From Marsupella aquatica (lineage: Eukaryota; Plantae; Marchantiophyta), in NCBI GenBank assembly GCA_973895155.1, contig OZ316895.1, positions 14,380,225 through 14,444,224 on the forward strand: a stretch of 64,000 bases of DNA, given 5' to 3'. The notes beneath the pieces were generated by a model that was given only the letters and a program-made list of their open reading frames with translations, ran no database searches and was not told where the DNA came from. Within the stretch, counting starts at the first letter, position 1. Every line of letters begins with the position of its first letter. Both the position numbers and the translations under genes were made by a program. Below are positions 11,267 through 24,300 of this stretch, in pieces.

Positions 11267-14200
11267 ATGGCTGCCCCGCCTGCACTATTTGGGCAGTGGT
11301 CTGCTCCGGCTCCTCCAGCTGAAGTTTCTCCACATGATGAGGTAGTTTGGCTGTTTAGCTGTGCAGTTTTAATGCCTATATCGTTATTTTTGTCTCCTGT
11401 CTTGCCGTTGTCAAGTTTTATTTTTTCTTCTTTTCTCAAATTGCAATGCCCCGAAACCCCTCGTTGCTGTGTCCCTTGGGCTTGGCCAATCTCCTTCCAC
11501 TGGGTGAGTCCTGAAGTCCACGAGGGTAACGGCAGGACTTCTACTTGAACTGCCAACTACCTTACCGAATTTAATCACGATCCTGTACAAGCTGAATTAT
11601 AGAATTAATTGCGTTGGCAACATTGAAGTTGAGCAGTAAGTCGGGGACATCGGTGGACATCACTGTAGTCCGGCGAGGAGATCCGGTGGGCAGCAGTCTG
11701 AATGGCAGGCTGACTACCACACCAAACGTTAGCAATCCCTTTGGAGGCTTTTGAATTTACACGAGATAGAAAATGTGTCCAGGGGGTTGTATTGTGAACT
11801 GTAGTAGGATTAGAGAATTATTGTGCCTTTCGCTACAATAAAGCCCAAAGCCATGCCTTTACTAGATAGTCTTGTATTGAGAAGTGCTGCATTTTATTGT
11901 TATTCGTACGTACTGTGTATTGGCAATGTTTAGGTCGTGTCTGTTCCCCTTTTGATATTTTTCTAGATGGGGTATGAACGTTGAATTGCACTAATTCTCT
12001 CATTGCCTTCGTAATGGATTCAGCAAAGTTGTCGAACACACAAGTTGAAGATAAAAAGTGAAAGGGTGCCCTGCTGAGAATTCAAAGAAGTGGATGCTTA
12101 GTTGGATGTGGTTTTCCGCCAGACAAGGCTGGTCGATCGTGTTGTCGCAGATGTGCACTGGGTAGAGGTGCCCTGACAGGGTTGTAAGGTCAAAATCTAA
12201 ATATCTGCGTTCCCTCGAATGGGCATTCTCGTTGTCAGTAACAGCTTACCCTTCTCTCTTCTGAAATTTGGGATATTCCTATGGTGAAGCAGGTGCGGAC
12301 AATCTTCGTATTGGGTTTTCCTTCAGATGTCAAAGAAAGAGAGCTTCAAAATTTGCTAAGGTGGTGGCCTGGCTATGAAGCTTCTCAAATGAATTTTAAA
12401 GGAGATCAACCAATGGGTTTTGCTCTGTTTTCATCACCTTCCATGGCAATGGCAGCTCGAGACGCTCTTCAGGCGAGTAACCACTTCCTTTGAAATTCTT
12501 TTTCTTTGAGATTAGTCAACTCCACTTAGTACTCAATACGAAGGAACATCCAATTTCTGTCTTCAATTTGGAAGTATGCTGAAAAAAATGGAGCGAGGTG
12601 GGTTTAGAGCAATAGTATCTGGTCATCATGACAGTACTGTTTATTGTTGCCCGTGATAGCTGATTGGTCAAATGGCCTTTTTTTTTGTCAGAATTTAGTT
12701 TTCGACTCTGAAGCGAACTCCGTTCTGCGTTCAGAGATGGCGAAGAAAAATCTTTTTGTCCGGAGAGGTGCTTGCCTCGTTTTCACTCTATTTTCAAGTG
12801 TCTCATGATTCTGTTGTGGTTGTAATTGTCTACTTATATGAAAAGGATGGGCCCCTCCCTTTCCTGAGAGGTCAACTTGTGAGATTGGTCATCTTTGCAT
12901 AGGGGCTTGAAGTCAACTTGCATAATCGTCGCAATTTCCTCTCAACATCAACAGTTTATCTGTAGGATGGGTCTCTCACTGTTTTCTTTTTATTTCAGGT
13001 ACTCAAGGTGGGTCAACAGAGGCTGTCCCAACCTACGATACGAATAAAAGGATTAAAACCACTGGAGATTTTTCTACTCCCCAGTATACCGGTCAAACTG
13101 TTTTTCTTCCTCCTACTCCTTCTTGGGTTCCCCAAAGGTACGAACCCTAAGTTTTAATCGCTGCTCGTGTCTCAGTTGTTTCACCTTCTGGAGCCCCACA
13201 ATGTATTACCAAGCTGTCATAGAGCTAACGGAGTGATTGCTTTAAGAGTCCAATGTGATTGATGTCGCTTTGTCGTCCTGACAGTTATATTGCACCACCG
13301 CCCCTGCCGTATGACCAGTACGCAGGCTATGGTGTACCCCAAGTTCCTCCTGTGGCCCCAGCTGGCTATGCACCGGTTCAGGTTTGTACCTCTCAAGCTC
13401 AACTCCCCAATTTCATACTGAATCTTTTTGTTTGTCACAACAATTTGTGTATCCTACAGTTCTGGCTTGGTGTTTCGACTTTGAACGATGACCAGCTTCT
13501 GATTATATTATCTATTCATCTTTCATTAGAACACGAAAGATAATCCTCCATGCAACACTCTATTCATTGGCAACCTGGGCGAAGCTTCAAGTGAGGCAGA
13601 ACTACGAGGTCTCTTCAGCGGGTACGACTTCAATTTTTTTCGCTATCTGAATCTGCCCAAAATTGCAAAATTTTGTGTGCCACTGTGGAAGCTTTTAGTT
13701 CATTGGTTCTGTTGATGTGCAACTCAAGTCATTGTTCTGAAGGAATGCGTCTTTGAGGTTCAATTTCGGGTGCTAGAGGTGTGATTGTAGACCACACTCC
13801 AAAGTGGATTGGATGGATGTGGAATGTTTGGAATTCAATGCGGAATAATTCACTCAGGTTTCTATCTAACGTCCAATTCTTGACTTTCAAAGTTTTTGAC
13901 CTACTTTGCGGTGGCTTTTAACTAGTCTACTAATTGCAGTCAACCAGGTTTCAAGCAAATGAAAGTACTGAGGCAGGGCAAAAGTACTGTCTGCTTCATT
14001 GAGTTTGGGGTGTGTACTGTTTCTCTCACAACAGTGTAATACATCTCCTGTTTAGTCTTGTAACTTGATCAAGTTTTGAGTGATAGAAGTGGAGTTTTGC
14101 TGAAAGTATTCCAACCGAAAGGGTTGGTCATGAGTGGTTTACACCGATGCAGGAAACGGTACAAGGCATATGCAGTGTCTAGGCTGTTTTATTTTTGATA

Positions 14201-14701
14201 TGCGTCCTTGGTTTTAGGCTGCTGTAAGTTTGAATAATGATGCTTTTGCTGATGCTGTTTAGATTGCATGCAATGCAGGATGTGAACTCTGCAATGGTGG
14301 TTCATCAACATTTGCAGGGAGCGGTTTTGTCAACTTCTGATCGTGGTGGCATGAGAATACAATATCCTCCTCAATGTACCGCTAATTGTTTTTCCCATCC
14401 TTTCGTGGAGAAGCTTTCTGACTTGTCAAGAACCGTTGAGGACTGAAATCATCAGAATGTTGATTGTATGCGAATGGCACACGTTTTTCCTTGACATATG
14501 TTTAAGTATTCGAAAAATCCATACGGAAGGAAGAAGGAGGGAACGGCACCTGGCCTTCAACAACCAGATGGAGTTGCACCCGGTGTTACTGTACCTGGTG
14601 TTACTACGCCTGCATTCCCAGAATTGAATGGGGGCTCTGAAATTTCATCCATCCCTTCGGCTCCATCCCATTCCGTTGGACCAGAGCAGCATACTGGATG
14701 A
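11267..14701 (+). CDS. Two-RRM RNA-binding protein, plant RBPMS/couch-potato/Scw1-like family (9 exons: 11267-11341, 12293-12472, 12692-12767, 12999-13137, 13285-13381, 13530-13621, 13940-14009, 14279-14361, 14506-14701; 335 aa)
   Basis: RRM1 is EVRTIFVLGFPSDVKERELQNLLRWWPGYE...PMGFALF...LRSEMAKKN. RRM2 is DNPPCNTLFIGNLG...CFIEF...GGMRIQYSKNPYG. Exons sum to 1008 nt in frame. Confidence 0.92.
12473..12691 (+). other. GC-AG intron (RRM gene intron 2)
   Basis: CAG|GCGAGT donor with TTTTGTCAG acceptor joins DALQ-NLVFD in frame. The GT 4 nt downstream would frameshift. Confidence 0.82.
14362..14505 (+). other. U12-type AT-AA intron (RRM gene intron 8)
   Basis: 5' site ATATCCTC; branch TTTTTCCTTGAC at 14484-14495. 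The in-frame junction CA|G TAT TCG (RIQYSKNP) requires the intron to end ...TTTAA. Confidence 0.85.
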
Positions 14702-17404
14702 AGGGGATGGTTCAGGGATAAAATCTTGGCTGCAACAACGATCCAAGTGATGTATTTCAATCTCAAAGCTCATCGGAATCATGGAAGCATGGCATCCGCG
14801 GCATATCGCAGTGCATTATTAACATTATTTATGTATTTATTGCCTCATGTCATCATTCACATGACGATGGCTGCCGGTGCTAGCGCGACGACCACCGAGT
14901 TCATGTGTGGCGGTTGTCCATGAGGTCCGGGTTGAGAATTTAGGGACTACCTCCATGACAAGGAGAAAAGGATTGCAAAAGAATTTTGGCCGACGGCAGG
15001 ATATGGATGCATTGGCATCGATTACGTGTGGGTCGGCTTTTTCATGTGAGGGCTCGTTTGGATATAACGCCTCCATATCCTATTTGGCATCTCATTTGCA
15101 TGAATTGCCGCAGTTTTACCTGCACGGGCGAGACAGATTGGATGGTTCGCACTATTTACTGCACCTCGTACATTTCATATTTCATACAATGAGAATTTAT
15201 TTGATTCCTGGCCACACCTGTGGCACGCGTTGGACTCTCAAGTGAAGAAGCATCACTGCATACTCTGGTGTGTCAGTGAATGTACAGGATCCTGGGCTTA
15301 AACTAAGTCAGTCTTGCATGTGATTGTTCGAGAAAGATACGGTGAGAGTTTTTGACAAAATGGTGTTTGGAATGGACCCGTGGATATATCCTTTTGCAGG
15401 CCTTCCCCATAGAGTCAACCTACAGTAGCTTGTTGTCATGCACAGCAGAGCAACCCTTTTTAGTACAATAGGATTGCTTGTTGTTTGCAGTTGTCGTATG
15501 GATCTGTCTGGCTCTTTTAAGTAATAAATCAGGTATTTGTTCCCCTTCATCCCCGTCTTGTGATTGAAGCTGTAAGAAAGACCTTCTTTAGGTGTCTGTT
15601 ATCATGCAACCAGTCTACTTTTACTGTCCTCAGGTTTGTGTGGTAAGCTTTTAAAGTTCGTTGTCATGTTTTTGCAGCTGTAAACTAACGGAGTGCCTCG
15701 TGAGTCTTTTACTGGTTTGAAGATTCCCGTTGAAAAAGACCATTTAGTATGACCTGGTTGAGAAACAAAGATATCTCTTGATGATTCTGCTGAATGCCAG
15801 GTTGTCAATGTCTGTAGAGCCATGTTGCTAACTCTTTGTCAAGTCTGTAATGATGATTTGGTCGTATGTGCTCGTTGTCGTTGATCTGTGAGGAATTGTG
15901 AGCTTTCATGTGAAATTGAACAGAGTACAAGATTCAGGAAATTCCTCCTGGACGGTGACACTGGGAGAGGAAGCCACTCTACTCCTGGAGAGAGTATATT
16001 GCTAAGAACTGCTTACAAACTTTCAGCAGCTGGAGTGGTGTCCGAGAAGAATCCCTTCGTGCGGAAATGGATTTGTTTTTCCTTGAGGTACCTGGAATTC
16101 CTACCAATGTGTGTTATACAGAACATCAGCTTCCAATTGTTTGGATTGAGTGGATCTTGACCGGAACTTGTTATACGTGCAGACTGTTCTGTCTTGTAGT
16201 CGTCTACGAGCACATACTAATTCTCAGAGAAAAGGCTCGACTGTTCTGAATGGTTGATGAGCAAAAATGCACAAGAGGTGGCCAATTCTCATCCGATCTT
16301 GTGACAGGAGGAACATTCCTAGTGAACTGAGCCAGCAGTAAGAATGGTTCTCTAAATGCAACTATTTGATGTCATGTGAATAGCTGGACATCCTCTATTC
16401 ATGGAAAAAGGGCATTCTCTTATCCTTAAAGTTGTGCGTCCTCAATAATTAGTTGCGAAAATTAGACATCATCAGTGTCTCCTCAAATTTTGCTCGTCAT
16501 ACCCCAAGACATCCTGGCAGGATGGAATCCTTTCATATCATGAAATGTGCAGAGTAGTTGTAGGTTCTGATTTTGGCGCGTTGTATAGTCTGGAAGATTG
16601 TCCAAGCTTTGGAAGAGTGACCAATTCTGGGTATGTATAGGAGAAGTAAACTCCACAGATGAAGAGAATGATGGCTTTCGGATCAATTCTCCCGTTCTCT
16701 TCCTCGACAGGCTAAAATCGTCTCTCTGACCATCTCGGTGGAGACACTACCAAGCTCGCAGAACCTATGCAGATGGCCTTCATCTTCCACTAATCCCACG
16801 TCATCGGTGAAGTTTTCTTGCTATTTTTGCCAATTTGATCATTTTCATTATTTGTGTTCATCAGAGACATGAGCTTTATAAAGGGTGCTCATCTGCAATG
16901 TTGTTCGCGCAAGAGGCCTCCAAAGAAGAAGGATGGAATTTATAAGAATCCTATCTAAGGGAAGATGTGCTTAATGGCATCAGACGAGGTGGACAGAGGT
17001 AATGGTCTGAAATAAGGGGATCCAATTGGAGCTCCCCACTATCTGCTAATTCCCTGAACAAATAAATTAAAATGTTAGCCCCAATTTTCCAGTCTAATAT
17101 GAAGCCCATAGTAACCTGCCATCATACAACCCAGACACCCTTGGGTCCCTGTATTCTAGCAAACTGCATATCTAGAAAACAATTCCGTTTAGTTATTATC
17201 TTCAGAAGGTTTCATTCAGTTTGGAGAGTTGCTATGCATAGTACAAATGAAGGTAAGGGGCCTACATTACATGATTTCTAACTCAGTTTTGGATCATTAT
17301 GGAACCAATGGAAGATAGGAAGGCATGGGTCCTGCATGCATACTTGGGTTTCTGGGTCCTTTGGGCAATTACTGTTCTTCTCAGCTTTGCTAGCTTTGCT
17401 ATGG

Positions 17405-17547
17405 CCCTGAGTGAATTGGTGAATTATTTACTTGATGTATATATCATGTTGCCAGAAAACAAAAACCCCAAACTGCCCTGACTGAATTGGTACTTGATGT
17501 ATACCCCAAACTGCCCTGACTGAATTGGTACTTGATGTATATATATC
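17405..17547. repeat. Short tandem repeat (~38-bp unit, 2 full copies plus 1 degenerate)
   Basis: CCCCAAACTGCCCTGACTGAATTGGTACTTGATGTATA is repeated. Confidence 0.85.
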
Positions 17548-19209
17548 ACAAAATCTCAAACTGAGAGACAGGATCCCAAATACAAAAGACCCTGACAAAG
17601 GGGAAAACAACAGTAACCCATGACCCATGAGCCTTGAACCTCTAATAGACATAGTAGACATAAGGGTTCTTACCCACATCTTTAGCAACAGCAGTAGCAT
17701 GTGGAGCTGTCTGGCCCGGGGTCCGCCAGTAATTGAGTGACGACAATGTCATGTCCATTATATGACCTAGGTAGTTGACAAAGATCCATTCTTGGTCCAA
17801 AGTTTTTAGTTCTCCATAGTGCTGCACTTCCTGCTCAGATTTCCTATGTGGTCCCTTGGTGGTGTTTTATTGGAGGGGTCACTTGGTGTATTTTTTGGGA
17901 TACCACAAGCAATCCTGCACAAAATGAATTCTATTTTTTTTCCCTAAGTTTTTTATGAATATTTTGCCTTCCTACTGTTAATTGATTTATATAGCGGATA
18001 GAAGCTATATCCTAAAAAAACTAACCTCCTCCGGGGGATTGGTGACCCTCTGCTTGGAATCACCAAAACCCTACACTAGAAGAGGATGGGAACACTGGCT
18101 TTGGTCACTTGGCCAGTGGATTAGCCTAGAACGGAGAGGTCCCAAGTCCAATCCCCTCTCCACAGGCAAGGGTTGTGGCTTGCATGTGGAGGGTATGTGT
18201 GTTTATGTGTGGGTTGGGTGTAGTGGTGGGAGTCCTGGTTTCTCCTTAGCCCATAGCTGGTCCACTTTGGGGCTCTGCTATAACCTTCGCCTCCTCCTGG
18301 TCTGGGTCCCTCTTGGACCCCTAAGTATGACCCCCTTGTGACTACCTTAAATTTAGTGATTTCATTTCCACAAAAATGACACATCACGTGTGACAAAGTA
18401 TTGGGTCGTTTTAATGGTTCTAAGAGAATACTTAAAAATTTTCTCAAAATAATAGGGTCCTTTAAATCCAATTTTGAGACCTATAAAAACATTAATATCT
18501 TTTTAATCAAATTTTTGGTATATTCCAAGAATATTCCTAACTTTCTATGGGTTAAAAAAAATCCTACAGTTTAGGGGTCTGAGGCCTAAAAATATCTTAG
18601 GTGATGGTGAGGCCGCCAATTAGTGAGACCCTGGTGTATGCTCTGCAGTTGATAGTCTATTCCCTGTTGGATGGGTCACTTTTTGGTTTCAAGGCAACCC
18701 CCCCCCCCCCCCCCCCACAAAAGAAAAGAAAAAGGAAAAGAAGGGTGAAGAAATGGATAGGAAAGAGCAGGGCTGGAAAGTGAAACCACGAGCCACAGGA
18801 GGGGAGGGGAGGGGAGGGGAGGGTGAGAGGAGGTGCTCTAAAGCAAGGATACAGAAATGCAGGCAAGGGGGTGGGCCAGACCGAAAGTCCAAACCTCCAA
18901 ACTCCCCAATTCCTCTTGTCCTCTCACTCAATGTGAAGCAGCTAACGCGGCCACATGGCCAGTTGCTAGCCTCCAATCGACAGTCCCCATTCCCCATTTC
19001 CCCATTCTCCACACTCAAACTCTCAAGCCCAGCAGATTGATGAGTAGAGAGAGTCAGAGAGCTCCATCAAGCTTTGCTGCCCCCGACCCAGACACCTGGA
19101 GGCCTCAGTGTCCGCCATAGACAGAGGAAAGACATCAGTGGAGAATTTTGAGTAGCCTAGCGCAGCTCAGCTCAGCTTGTCGACCAGTCAGTCAGTCAGT
19201 CAATCAGCC

Positions 19210-21398
19210 ATGGCTGCAGCAGCTCTATCGTCTGCATTGTCTCCACCGTCTCATCTAGCACTGTCTTCGTCTGTGCCTGCCCCAACTCGCAATGCTAGGA
19301 CGGCAGGGAGATGGAATTCAGGACGAGTTTGCGTGATTTCGTGTAGCCAATCTTCCCCAACCTCTTCTTCTTCTTCTACAACTTCTCCTTCTCCTTCTTC
19401 TTCTTCGTCTTCTTTGTCGTCGTCGTCCGTTGATGAGGAGCGGAAGGAGGAGAAACGGCTGGCGACAAGGAGGGACGTGGTCACTGGGTCGATTTCGGCC
19501 ATTTCTGCCGGGCTCTTTGGCTTTCCAGCGTTAGCGCTGCTGGAAGCCGACGATGATGAGTCGCTGCTGGAGAAAGTGAAGGAGGATCGGAAGAAGAGGA
19601 TTGAGAAAAGGAGCGTCGTCGCCTCTTTCAAGGGTGAAACTGGTACATGATTAATTCTCTGCTCTGCATTGTGAATTATCGTGAGCTTGGCGCTGCTGCG
19701 ATGTGATAAGCTGAGCTGTGAGTGGATGTGAACGAAGAAGAGTCTGTAATTTGCAATGTATTGGTGCTATGGGGCAAGGCAAGAGGTGAATTGTCGTTTT
19801 ATATGATCAAAGATTTTTATCAGAAGTACAACAAAACACTGGAAATTGTCCAAGGATTCTATGAAAGCAAATCAAGTTTGTCTTAGAGATACTTTTGTTC
19901 GAGAATGTAAGAAATTCAGATGTTATTCGCTGCGACCATAACTGGTCGCGAGGGGTAGACAGATAATGATTTAATGGATGGATGACTGAATTTGCAAGGA
20001 TTTGTGAGCCCTCGCTATCTAAATTGGCGTGGAGTGACACTGCACTTCCCGGGTATGGACATTTTGGTTGTTCGATGACCCACATTGAGCCATTTCTGGC
20101 CCTCACGCACTGCTTGACAGTTTACTCCGAAGAATTCACAACATACGTCGTTCAGACTTTTTCCTGGGCGTCATTCCACCTCCCTCTGACTACATGAGAG
20201 CTCAGACGCTTGCTGTTGTTCACGGTTGTTTTTTTTGACATGTAGAATCTGTGCAAAAGGCTGTGTATGAACTGAGCAAAACTGGGCAAGCAATTGATGG
20301 CGAAGACTTCGGTCTAGCAACCTTTGTTCTTGGTAGCACCGACGGTGGGTGGATCAAGGAAGTGAAGGCTGCTATCTCCAAGGTAATTCCCCCTCGCATT
20401 CTAATCCGTTATCTGGTTTGCAACTGTGTGGAGAACTTCAATTGAGAAATATTGTCTAACGAAGGACGCCCATTGTTAAAAGAAAGTATTTTGGTCACAC
20501 GAGAGCAAGGGTTACCATCCTCTACAGAGAAGTTGGTTAATGAGCATATTACTTATGAAACTTTGACGGTGCTTAGCCGTTTGTCAGTTATCCTCTAGAA
20601 AATGAATGTCGGATCATACCTCAGGACATTTGTGATTCGTAATGCTTGTGGTGTCGAATCGGAGCTTAGGCCATGAATTGGTTCGGGGAATCATGCATGT
20701 ACGAGTCGTCACATACGTCACGTGTTTAAAACTCTCCAATATGTCTCAGCATATGTGGTGGGAAGTCAACTGGGATGTAACAATCCTGAATTTGTGGAAA
20801 ACTGGTTTCTTCATATTTTCAGGTAAACAAGAATGCCGAAGAGGAAGGTGAAGCAGCAAATTTCAGCGCTGCCCTCCAAGCATTACAATCAGCTGGTATT
20901 CTAGCTTTCTCTGTTCACTTGCTCAATCTGTCATTATTTTCCACCAATGTGAAAAGCGAGGTATTGAAAGTTTCACTGAAAACAAAACCACCACCGATAC
21001 TAGGGCAACTATCGACTTAAAGATTCTTTAGGAATGTATTTTTTTACGTGATTTTGGTACACTTGCCTGTCAAATTCTTCATCAAGATTTTCATTTGTCA
21101 CTGATGAGCAGCAGAAAGATCCGGGAACTCTCAATGGCAGATCTTGTAGATGTTTGAACTTGTCATGGGCTGCCAAAGTGATCAGTGACGAAATTCATGG
21201 GATTAAAATGCTTAGAGCCCCAATGCGCCTTTAGTCAAAGGACACCGTTGTGGCAGATTATTGAATTCGTGAAGTATTGTCTGTGCAGTTTCGAAGCAAG
21301 ACTCGAAGCTATCAAAAAGTGCATTTGTGGCTTCGGCAAATGCTCTTGAGAAGTGGTCTTCTTTGACTGGGCTTGTCGACCAGATCAAAGGCCTATGA
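19210..21398 (+). CDS. MPH2: Thylakoid lumenal 16.5 kDa protein (TL16/MPH2-like; exons 19210-19642, 20246-20382, 20823-20895, 21289-21398; 250 aa)
   Basis: Ser-rich transit peptide and twin-Arg (TRR...ALA) Tat signal. The mature N-terminus LLEADDDESLLEKVKEDRKKRIEK and C-terminus AFVASANALEKWSSLTGLVDQIKGL match Arabidopsis At4g02530 as I recall it. Confidence 0.9.
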
Positions 21399-24300
21399 TC
21401 AGCACCGTTTTATCCTGTCTAGCTCATCTTGAATGTTGAGAGTGCTCGTCTTCGAGCGCATTGTAATTTCTACTGGCTATCTTGTTTTGGGTGCAATTGT
21501 CACTTGAGGGATGTTTGAGGGATTTGAAACTAGAAGCAAATTGAAAACTGGGACTGGATGTTTTCAAAAACTCAACGCAACAAATAGATCTCTGGTCAAA
21601 TTTTCACGCTTGGCATGAATTGACATCTTGTATCCATCTTTAAAGGCCTGTTTGCAATTATGAATACTCGGCCGACAACAACCTCACCATAGTTTGGCGC
21701 AATCATTTGGTCCCAGGAACCGAGGCAAAAGTGTGGATGCCTCTACGGAACAGTTACAACTTAAATGTTTAAACTGTTCGGGAACTTTCTGATGTGTTAT
21801 TCTCTCCTGGTGAATTTCTAGAAGCGATAAAGAAATGAATCTGAAAAGGAAATTTGTGGATGCAAGAAGTCTTTCAGAGACAAAGAGGTGGTCCACGCAC
21901 CCAACAGAGTACTTAAACCACATTGCATGCCTCACTACTCACCATAAAAGGTGGAAGGCTGAGCACCTTTTGTGGAGCTTAAGCCCATTCATACTAAACT
22001 GAATCTGTGAAATGTATACTGCAAATTACGGGTAACCCGTAGCATCATGTCTCGGTACCCACCATAAATGGTGGAGCGCTGAGCACCTTTTGTGGAGCTC
22101 AAGCTCATTCGTGCTAAAACTGAACACGTGACGTCTATAATGAGAAGTACGTAGCACTTTATAGGTGCAGTTGTGGCTTAATAGAGTGCAAGACATGGAC
22201 ACCAAAGTAGAGGTTAAATGACCATCTGTTGGGACGTCCTCCGTGGCTTCGTCACACAAAATAGGATCAAGACATACTTTGGTCGCATTCTTTTGCAGTC
22301 TACTATACCATGAAGGAGAAACTTGGGCTTTTGGTGGTTTAAACAAATAGTTTCTTGCTGTGTGTGTACCACTGTCCCAGCCACACTCGTCAGAGCCAAC
22401 TTCTAAAGCGCCTAAAACTGGCGTGGAGGGGACTCTGGAAATACCGATGAACAGGAATGGCAGCTCCCTTGGTTTCGATTGTGCATTGCACAAACTGAGT
22501 ACAACAAGGCACGGAGTTAAACACGTCGTAAACTCATTCCAGATGCCAGGCCAACTATCTTAATTCCAAGGGAAAAATTGCTCTGGTGCACTCAATATCA
22601 GATTCCATCCCTCGATGTAATATAGCAGCATTAAAAATAATGGCATCACGTCGAAAGTCTTGCCATTGACTGAAGTAAATAACCAACCAGTGAAGCAACC
22701 TTGGCGACCAAAAGTTTTTCGACAATCCTTGTTTTGTTGCAGTAGTTGAATCCGGCGATTCTACATCAGACATGCACTTTGGCATGTACAATCTTCACAA
22801 AGCTGAACGGAACCTTACTTCCAACAGAAACTGAATCGAAACTTTAGACTGCTACGATATAGAGTTGAATGCGGGTGCGATTTTGTTTTCGAAGAAATCT
22901 CTTGTGTGTAAGAATACTTTTCACTGCACTTCCATATGATATGGTTAGAAGTAGAATGAAGCTTGCCCAGCCCATCTTTCTTAACAATTGTTGAGTGCAT
23001 GTTTGGATAGGCCACTAGTGCAATATGTCATAGGAGTAGGAAGAATCACACATTCAAGATTGGCAAGTCAATATTTTTGCCCATGATTAGTTAAGGTCAT
23101 TGATGATTGGGAAAGATTTAAAGTTTGTTCATTGGTCTTGTGGTTTACCATGCCTGACCAAATCACATTGTTTTGAGTTGATCACGTGCACATCAATGAA
23201 CATTCTAAAGTTACACCATGGTTGGTCTTAGGTGTTAGCTTGATTTTATTCTGTATCAGCAGGAATGACCATTATTGAATGTTAATAGAGATAAAGACAA
23301 AAAAAGACTTGCAAAAGAATCTTTGTTCTTCCCCTTCAACTTTGCCCCATAAGTGTTTATGGTATTCATTATTAGTTGTCCGCATTAGTTTTGTTTTCTA
23401 AATTCATTTTCCTTTTTTCTTTAGTAATAATTTTTTGTCTTCACTCTAGAAGTCTAGACCCCAACTCTAGCTTGTGTTGGCACTTTATAAATAAATGCCA
23501 TATGTATACTAAATAATACTCCCTGGGCTACTCTAATGTGCACAAAAGCTTCATTTAAAACTAAATTCATTACATATCTTGGGGGCCTGTTTCTCAAGAT
23601 AAAGTTCAAAATCTCAATTTTACAAGGCTCTTGTTAATTATTGTTTCAGTGTGCAATTTTTAAAATAAACAAACAAGTAGCAATCATATGGGATGCCAAA
23701 ATTTCCACCAGTTGCGTACTTTAGAAGAAGAAATAGTTAATCAACCATGCCATTGTTAATGAGATTGCCTGTGTCAAACTAAATGGTCATTGAGTTCAGT
23801 ATTGTGATGACCAGAAACTTTGAACCTGATGAATTCTAGATGTTAGTTTAATCTATAAGGGTGTCTCAAAAGTTACAAGACGGGGACTTTTAGTCAGACC
23901 GAGGGTTTGCAGTGCGGGATGCAGACTTAAAGTGTGTTTACACCAAGTTGGCAACAACACTTTTTTGCCCAGGCAGGCTTTTTTGCTAGCAGCAGGCCGA
24001 CAGGCTATGAGCACTCTCAAAGCTCACCCCCACCCGCCTTGGTTACACATGCCCGAAAGCCACATCCTAGCCGCGGTTTCGGCTATTTTATGCGGTCAGT
24101 AGCCCATTCTCCAAACGAGAACTACAAATATTGAGACCCCTATTGTGATCACATACCTTTGTCACAGCATCATATAACTTTTCTTTCCAAGACACGATTT
24201 ACTAAAGAAGAGACGTCTAAGCAGTACTACCCATTTCCACGAGCTAATGCTAAGAATTTCTTGCCTCACATTGAATGCCTCTGAGCATTGTACTTCCTCA

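Noticed and set aside
19251-19631. Acidic antisense ORF opposite MPH2 exon 1 (likewise 32664-33176 and 58046-58387)
   Set aside because: Shadow ORFs of real coding exons and of the TCT microsatellite.
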